Part shown: positions 58,583 to 64,000 of the stretch, one piece after another | How the letters are laid out: each line of letters begins with the position of its first letter | Numbering within the stretch: position 1 is the stretch's first letter | DNA from: Acidobacteriota bacterium | Lineage (GTDB): Bacteria; Acidobacteriota; UBA6911; JACQSX01 | Length of the DNA stretch: 64,000 nt | Assembly (NCBI GenBank): GCA_036507075.1 | Contig: DASXQR010000017.1 | Location: 100,567 to 164,566 of the forward strand | Reading direction: 5' to 3' | Translations under genes and position numbers: made by a program | Notes under the pieces: generated by a model | Database searches by the model: none | The model's input: the letters and a program-made list of their open reading frames with translations, nothing else | What the model was told of the DNA's origin: nothing

Positions 58583-60202
58583 ATGCCGACGCTGACGATT
58601 GACGGACAAGAAATCACGGTTGAAAAGGGAACCACGGTCATCCAGGCGGCCGAGGCGCTCGGGATCTACGTGCCACGCTACTGTTACCATCCCGGCCTCA
58701 GTATCGCCGGCAGTTGTCGCATGTGCCTGGTGGAAATTGAAAAAGCTCCGAAGCTCCAGATCGCATGCTACACGCCGGCTGCCGACGGCATGGTTGTGCA
58801 AACCACCTCGGACAAGGTCAAACTCGCCAGGCAAGCGGTCCTGGAGTTCCTGTTGAGCAACCACCCGCTTGACTGTCCGGTTTGCGATCAATCAGGGGAG
58901 TGCGATCTGCAGAACTTCTACATGGAATTCGGGCTCTATCAAAGCGAGTTCCTGGAGAACAAAATCAAACGCCGCAAGGCCCAGCCGATCGGGCCACACG
59001 TTGTCCTGGACAATGAGCGCTGCATTCTGTGTTCACGTTGTGTGCGCTTCTGCAAAGAGGTAAGCAAAAGCAACGAGCTCGGAATCGTGAACAGGGGCGA
59101 ACAGGCCGAAATTGCGCTCTTCGAGGGCAGGGAACTGAACAACCCATACAGCGGAAATGTAATTGATATCTGTCCCGTAGGAGCGTTGACGGAGCGAGAG
59201 TTTCGCTTCCAGTGCCGCGTCTGGTACCTGGACCGGGCCAAATCGGTGTGCAACGGCTGCGCCCGGGGCTGCAACATCGAGATTCATTACAACATCAGAC
59301 GCGCCTATCAATCCCGCGGCCGCAGGGTGCTGCGCATCAAGCCGCGATTCAATCGCGATGTCAACAAGTGGTGGATTTGCGACGAAGGCCGCTACGGATT
59401 TGAATTCATAGATTCTCCCGGCCGTTTGCAGAATTTCGAGCGGCAGGAGGGAGCCGAAAAACTGCCCGTCAGTGTGGATGAGGCGGCGCTTACAATGGCC
59501 GGCTGGATTGGCGAATCCATCGACCGCCACGGCAGGGATTCAATCGGCTTCTTCGTTTCGCCAAAGCTGTCCAACGAAGATCTTTACGCCATACTGAACC
59601 TGGGCCGGTTGACGGGAGTGCATAAGATCGATTTTCGAAGCCCCGCCGAACGGCCCGGCTACCAGGACGATTTTCTGATTCGAGCCGACAAAAACCCGAA
59701 CACGCGAGGCTGCCTGGAGATGGGCCTCTATCGGAAGGATCGTGAAAACGGCTCCTGGATGGCCGATGAGATCCGCAGCGGCGCCATTCGGACGCTGGTC
59801 GTTTTTCTGCAGGATCTGACGCTCGATCCGGGATTTGACCGGGCGCTCGGTTCGCTCGAACATCTTGTCTTCTTCGGCAGCAACCGGAATGGCACAAGCG
59901 ACCGGGCGCCGCTGGTGATGGCGTCCGCCACCTGCGCCGAGAAAGACGGGAGCTTTACGAATTTCGAGGGCAGAGCCCAGCGCTTCGACAAGGCGCTGGA
60001 CCCGCTGGGAGACTCGCGCCCGGAGACGGAGATTGTGGGCCGCGTTGCCGCTCACTTCGGCGGTGCAGTCGAGAAATTTGAAAGAGAGCGGCTGTTGTCC
60101 GACTTGCGATTGGAAATCAAATTCTTTGACCAGCCCGGGCTCGATCCGCCCGAGGTTGAGACAGTTTACCGGCAGACTCTGGATCAGCAGGAGAGCGCGT
60201 GA
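58583..60202 (+). CDS. nuoG: NADH-quinone oxidoreductase subunit G (short form)
   Basis: CYH...CRMC, NHPLDCPVCDQSGEC, CILCSRC, CNGCARGC. Confidence 0.9.
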   Translation: MPTLTIDGQEITVEKGTTVIQAAEALGIYVPRYCYHPGLSIAGSCRMCLVEIEKAPKLQIACYTPAADGMVVQTTSDKVKLARQAVLEFLLSNHPLDCPVCDQSGECDLQNFYMEFGLYQSEFLENKIKRRKAQPIGPHVVLDNERCILCSRCVRFCKEVSKSNELGIVNRGEQAEIALFEGRELNNPYSGNVIDICPVGALTEREFRFQCRVWYLDRAKSVCNGCARGCNIEIHYNIRRAYQSRGRRVLRIKPRFNRDVNKWWICDEGRYGFEFIDSPGRLQNFERQEGAEKLPVSVDEAALTMAGWIGESIDRHGRDSIGFFVSPKLSNEDLYAILNLGRLTGVHKIDFRSPAERPGYQDDFLIRADKNPNTRGCLEMGLYRKDRENGSWMADEIRSGAIRTLVVFLQDLTLDPGFDRALGSLEHLVFFGSNRNGTSDRAPLVMASATCAEKDGSFTNFEGRAQRFDKALDPLGDSRPETEIVGRVAAHFGGAVEKFERERLLSDLRLEIKFFDQPGLDPPEVETVYRQTLDQQESA

Positions 60203-61284
60203 TCGCGGATCTGGGCATTGCTGCAGTCAAAGTGGGATTCAGCCTTTTTGTGCTGCTCAACTTCGTGATGCTGCTTACCTGGGCTGAGCGCAAGCAGAGC
60301 GCTCTGATGCAGGATCGCATCGGAGCCAACCGCGCCTCCATCTTCGGGCTGACTCTGATGGGTTTGTTTCACCCGCTGGCCGACGCAATCAAGATGATCA
60401 CCAAGGAAGATTTCATCCCCGCCGGCGCCAACCGGGCCATCCATACGCTGGCGCCTTTTGTGGCGCTTTTCTTTGCCTTGATCAGTTTCGCGATTATCCC
60501 CTTCGGTGACCAGGTCCGGATCGGCGACAAGCTGGTGGTGCTGCAGGTGTTCGATTTGCACGTGGGGATTCTTTATGTGTTTGCCGCCATGTCTATGGGC
60601 GTGTACGGATTTGTGATGGCGGGGTGGGCTTCCAACAACAGCTTTTCCTTAATGGGAAGCCTGCGCGCATCTTCGCAGATGCTCTCCTATGAGATCACAA
60701 TCGGCGCGACGGTGGTGGGCCTGATCATGGTGTTTCAGACTGCCAGCCTGCAGCAGATCGTTCAGCAGCAGGGACAACTCCTCTTCGGGTTTTTGCCTGC
60801 ATGGGGAATTTTTTTCCAGCCGCTGGGATTTATTCTGTTTGCCACGGCGGCCATGGCGGAAACAAAGCGTGCTCCCTTTGATTTGCCGGAAGGGGAATCG
60901 GAGATCATCGGCTACTTTACCGAATATTCGGGAATGAAGTTCGGAATGTTCTTCATGACTGATTTCGTGGAAACAGTTGTGATGGCCGGCCTGGTGGCGA
61001 CGCTTTTCTTCGGCGGCTGGCAGTTTCCTTATCTGGCGCGGGGCGGTTTTCATTTCCCCTGGGGTGCCTCCATCCCGTTGCCGGAACTGGCAGTCGGCAT
61101 CCTCCAGGTGCTGACATTTCTGGCCAAACTGGCATTTTTCTGCTGGTTCTTCCTGCTGGTGCGCTGGACGCTGCCCCGATTCCGTTACGACCAATTGATT
61201 CGCCTTGGCTGGCAGTTCATGCTTCCGCTCTCTGTTTTGAACATACTGGCAACCGGAGCGGTGATTCTGCTGTTGCAGCAGTGA
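60199..61284 (+). CDS. nuoH: NADH-quinone oxidoreductase subunit H
   Basis: ERKQSALMQDRIG, PFDLPEGESE, PRFRYDQL. Confidence 0.95.
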   Translation: MIADLGIAAVKVGFSLFVLLNFVMLLTWAERKQSALMQDRIGANRASIFGLTLMGLFHPLADAIKMITKEDFIPAGANRAIHTLAPFVALFFALISFAIIPFGDQVRIGDKLVVLQVFDLHVGILYVFAAMSMGVYGFVMAGWASNNSFSLMGSLRASSQMLSYEITIGATVVGLIMVFQTASLQQIVQQQGQLLFGFLPAWGIFFQPLGFILFATAAMAETKRAPFDLPEGESEIIGYFTEYSGMKFGMFFMTDFVETVVMAGLVATLFFGGWQFPYLARGGFHFPWGASIPLPELAVGILQVLTFLAKLAFFCWFFLLVRWTLPRFRYDQLIRLGWQFMLPLSVLNILATGAVILLLQQ

Positions 61285-61880
61285 ACATGGAAAAACAGAA
61301 CGCAGAGCAGCGAAGCGTAAGGCAGGCGCCTCCTGGCGAGCCCGATCTCACCTTTTGGGAACGGACCTACGTGCCCGAGGTGTTGCGAGGCCTGAAAATT
61401 ACGGCCGCGCATTTTTTTCGCAACCTGGTAATTCACATTTTCCATCTGGTCGGCCTCTGGAAGGACCGCCGGGGCGGGGAGACTATTCAGTATCCCGAGG
61501 AAGTTCGCGGCTATTCGCCCCGACTTCGTTCGCTGCACCGTCTCACCAGGCGCGAAGACGGTTCGCCGCGCTGCGTAGCCTGCATGATGTGCGAAACGAT
61601 TTGCCCGGCGCGCTGCATCTACATTGTGGCCGCGGAGCATCCGGATCCGAATATCGAAAAATATCCGGAAAGATTCGACATCGACCTGGGGAAGTGCGTT
61701 TTTTGCGGCTATTGTGTCGAGGTGTGCCCCGAGGACGCCATCCGCATGGACACGCACATTCTGGATTTTTCCGCCTATTCGCGCGAGGAGATGATTTACG
61801 ACAAAGAGCGGCTCCTTTCGCACGAGCCGCGAAGGGCAGATGGCATCGGGGTTATCCGTAAGGTTAAGCGATGCACCTGA
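61281..61880 (+). CDS. nuoI: NADH-quinone oxidoreductase subunit I (copy 2)
   Basis: TIQYPEE, CVACMMCETICP, CVFCGYCVEVCP. Confidence 0.93.
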   Translation: MNMEKQNAEQRSVRQAPPGEPDLTFWERTYVPEVLRGLKITAAHFFRNLVIHIFHLVGLWKDRRGGETIQYPEEVRGYSPRLRSLHRLTRREDGSPRCVACMMCETICPARCIYIVAAEHPDPNIEKYPERFDIDLGKCVFCGYCVEVCPEDAIRMDTHILDFSAYSREEMIYDKERLLSHEPRRADGIGVIRKVKRCT

Positions 61881-61904
61881 TTCAGCACCGCGGGTGAGAA
61901 AAAA

Positions 61905-62072
61905 TTGAACCGCTAAGTACACTAAGAACGCTAAGAATTTCTTTTTCAGTGCGGGTTCAGATGGTACTGCACCTTACACGTGACTCTTCTTCAGAACTTT
62001 CAATTGCTTGCAGCCAGCAGGTTGTTCCTAGCCATGATGAGCTTAGCGTTCTTTGCGTTCTTCGCGGTTCAA
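61905..62072. repeat. 9-periodic foldback (CGCTAAG / CTTAGCG)
   Basis: ttgaaccgctaagtacactaagaacgctaag ... cttagcgttctttgcgttcttcgcggttcaa. Confidence 0.8.
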
Positions 62073-62121
62073 GCTTTTTGGATTTATTCACAGCTTCTCA
62101 GCCAGCGCTTTCAAAATCAAT

Positions 62122-63870
62122 ATGAACCGCGAAAGCCTGGAATTTGACGTCTTATTTGTCGGGGCCGGTCCGGCCAGTCTCGCCGGGGCCTACCATCTGG
62201 CCCAAATGATTCGACGCCACAACGAGGGAGTAGCTTCCGGTTCTGTTTCCGGAAGGAGACTGGATGAGATTTCCATCGCCGTTATAGAGAAAGGCAAAAC
62301 AGTCAGCTCCCACGCTCTGAGCGGCGGCATTCTCGATCCGCGCGCGCTCAGGGAGTTGATGCCGGATTTCATGCAGCGTGGAGCGCCTCTGGATGCACCC
62401 GTTACAAAAGACCACATCTACCTTCTGACCCGCTCAGGAAAACTGGCTTTTCCGGTGATCCCTCCTCCATTGAACAATCACGGCAACTACATTATTTCTC
62501 TGGGCCGGCTGGTCGGCTGGCTTGCCGAACAGTGCGAGCAGTTGGATGTCAACATCTTTCCCGAGTTTCCCGGAGCCGATTTGATTTACCAGGGGGAACG
62601 GGTATCGGGTGTGCGCGCCGCCGACAAAGGCCTGGACAAATCGGGCAAGCCGAAAGCGAATTTCGAGCCCGGTCCGGATCTGCTGGCAAAAGTGACTGTT
62701 CTCGGCGAAGGGCCGCGCGGCACGCTGGCCAAGAAATTAATTCAGAGATTCGGATTCGATCCCGAAAGCAACCCACAGGTGTATTCGGTAGGCGTAAAAG
62801 AGATCTGGCAGCTTCCTGAAAATAGATTGCCTGCCGGAACAGTGATACACACGATGGGATATCCGTTGGGAAACAGGATCTTCGGCGGCGGGTTTATTTA
62901 CGCCCCGGCCGGAGATGTGCTCTATGTCGGGTTGGTGGTGGGTTTGGATTACCAGGATCCCGCAACCGATCCACATCAGTTGTTTGGCCGGTGGAAGAAA
63001 CATCCGCTGCCGGCCGGTCTGCTCAGGGGCGCCAGGCTCCTTGAATATGGCGCCAAGGCGATTCCCGAAGGAGGCTTGTTCTCGCAACCACGCATGGCGT
63101 ATGACGGCGTCCTGGTCATCGGCGACTCTGCGGGCTTCTTGAATTCGCAGCGGCTGAAAGGAATCCATTTGGGAATGAAATCCGGGATGCTCGCCGCCGA
63201 AACGATCTTCGACTGTCTGGTGGCGGGAGACTTTTCGCGTGAGCGGCTCGAAATTTATCCGCAGCGATACCGGCAAAGTTGGGCCCACCGTGAGCTTTAT
63301 AGAGTTCGCAACTTTCATCAGGGCTTCGACGGCGGATTACTTGCCGGGATGTTTCATGCCGGCCTGCAGATGCTCAGCGGGGGCCGAGGCCTGCATCAGC
63401 GCTATCCCACCCGCGCGGGCCACGAGCGAATGCAAAAGTACCAGACAGTGGAGCCAGGCTCTCCGGCTCCCCCGCACACTCACTCACCCGCTCCCCCACA
63501 CCCCCGCTCTCCCGCTCACTCGCTCCCACCCGCTGCAAAGGAACCGCCGGACAATACGCTGACCTTTGACAAAGTTACCGACGTGTATCATTCGGGCGCT
63601 GCCCACGATGAAAACCAGCCATGTCACTTGCATGTTCTGGATCTGAACATATGCCACCATCGTTGCCGATATGAGTACGGCAATCCCTGCCAGCATTTCT
63701 GCCCTGCGGGCGTGTATGAAATTCTGGCCCGCGAGCGGGGAGAGGTGCAATTGCAGATCAACTTCTCAAACTGTGTGCATTGCAAAACCTGCGACATCAT
63801 GGATCCCTACCAGATCATCGACTGGGGACCTCCGCAAGGCGGCGACGGCCCGAATTATAAGAAGATGTAG
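62122..63870 (+). CDS. Electron transfer flavoprotein-quinone oxidoreductase
   Basis: GAGPA FAD motif, KGIHLGMKSG, CPAGVYE, NCVHCKTCDI, GGDGPNY; ATG at 62122. Confidence 0.92.
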   Translation: MNRESLEFDVLFVGAGPASLAGAYHLAQMIRRHNEGVASGSVSGRRLDEISIAVIEKGKTVSSHALSGGILDPRALRELMPDFMQRGAPLDAPVTKDHIYLLTRSGKLAFPVIPPPLNNHGNYIISLGRLVGWLAEQCEQLDVNIFPEFPGADLIYQGERVSGVRAADKGLDKSGKPKANFEPGPDLLAKVTVLGEGPRGTLAKKLIQRFGFDPESNPQVYSVGVKEIWQLPENRLPAGTVIHTMGYPLGNRIFGGGFIYAPAGDVLYVGLVVGLDYQDPATDPHQLFGRWKKHPLPAGLLRGARLLEYGAKAIPEGGLFSQPRMAYDGVLVIGDSAGFLNSQRLKGIHLGMKSGMLAAETIFDCLVAGDFSRERLEIYPQRYRQSWAHRELYRVRNFHQGFDGGLLAGMFHAGLQMLSGGRGLHQRYPTRAGHERMQKYQTVEPGSPAPPHTHSPAPPHPRSPAHSLPPAAKEPPDNTLTFDKVTDVYHSGAAHDENQPCHLHVLDLNICHHRCRYEYGNPCQHFCPAGVYEILARERGEVQLQINFSNCVHCKTCDIMDPYQIIDWGPPQGGDGPNYKKM

Positions 63871-64000
63871 AACCATCAGCCGAACCGCGCGCGTAAGAAC
63901 GTGTGAAAAAATCGACGCCACCGGGCTCGCCCCGGTGGTGAGTACGATTCTTCACTAAGGCCGTCCCTGAGTCACTGTTGGATTCGTCGCTTCGAAACGA

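Noticed and set aside
63915..63940. IS200/605-like hairpin ccaccggg-ctcgc-cccggtgg near the window end
   Set aside because: No transposase visible and too little context to call
1..64000. CRISPR array or cas genes
   Set aside because: Repeats are short tandem or inverted units without regular repeat-spacer periodicity; no Cas-like ORF

Overview
Gene-dense bacterial chromosome segment of mostly housekeeping genes. It is probably Acidobacteriota, inferred only from gene families, frequent TTG/GTG starts and repeat types. Gene content in order: hemW (partial), radC, rlmI, ligD, an RND efflux pair, class V aminotransferase plus serA, copA, ferredoxin, PAS-GGDEF cyclase, a GldA/F/G-like ABC system with DUF4340, an Fe3+/polyamine-type ABC importer, bshA, dacB, lepB, folK, lptD, icd, tRNA-Glu(CTC), pepP, folE plus a Fur-ferritin fusion, a CoADR/ArsC/glutaredoxin redox cluster, a split and partly duplicated complex I locus (nuoB-nuoI-def, then nuoA-B-C-[DHH phosphoesterase]-D-E-F-G-H-I) and ETF-quinone oxidoreductase. 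I saw no CRISPR array, integrase, transposase or prophage. The most striking non-coding signal is that many intergenic gaps hold gene-less foldback elements built from 7-, 8- or 9-nt tandem units or REP-like palindromes, several nested inside each other. One ~130-bp family has four copies that share an internal pair of AGTG-N-CACT sites about 37 bp apart. Another family shows fully compensated arm substitutions between copies. All product calls come from motif recognition by eye; no database search was run.
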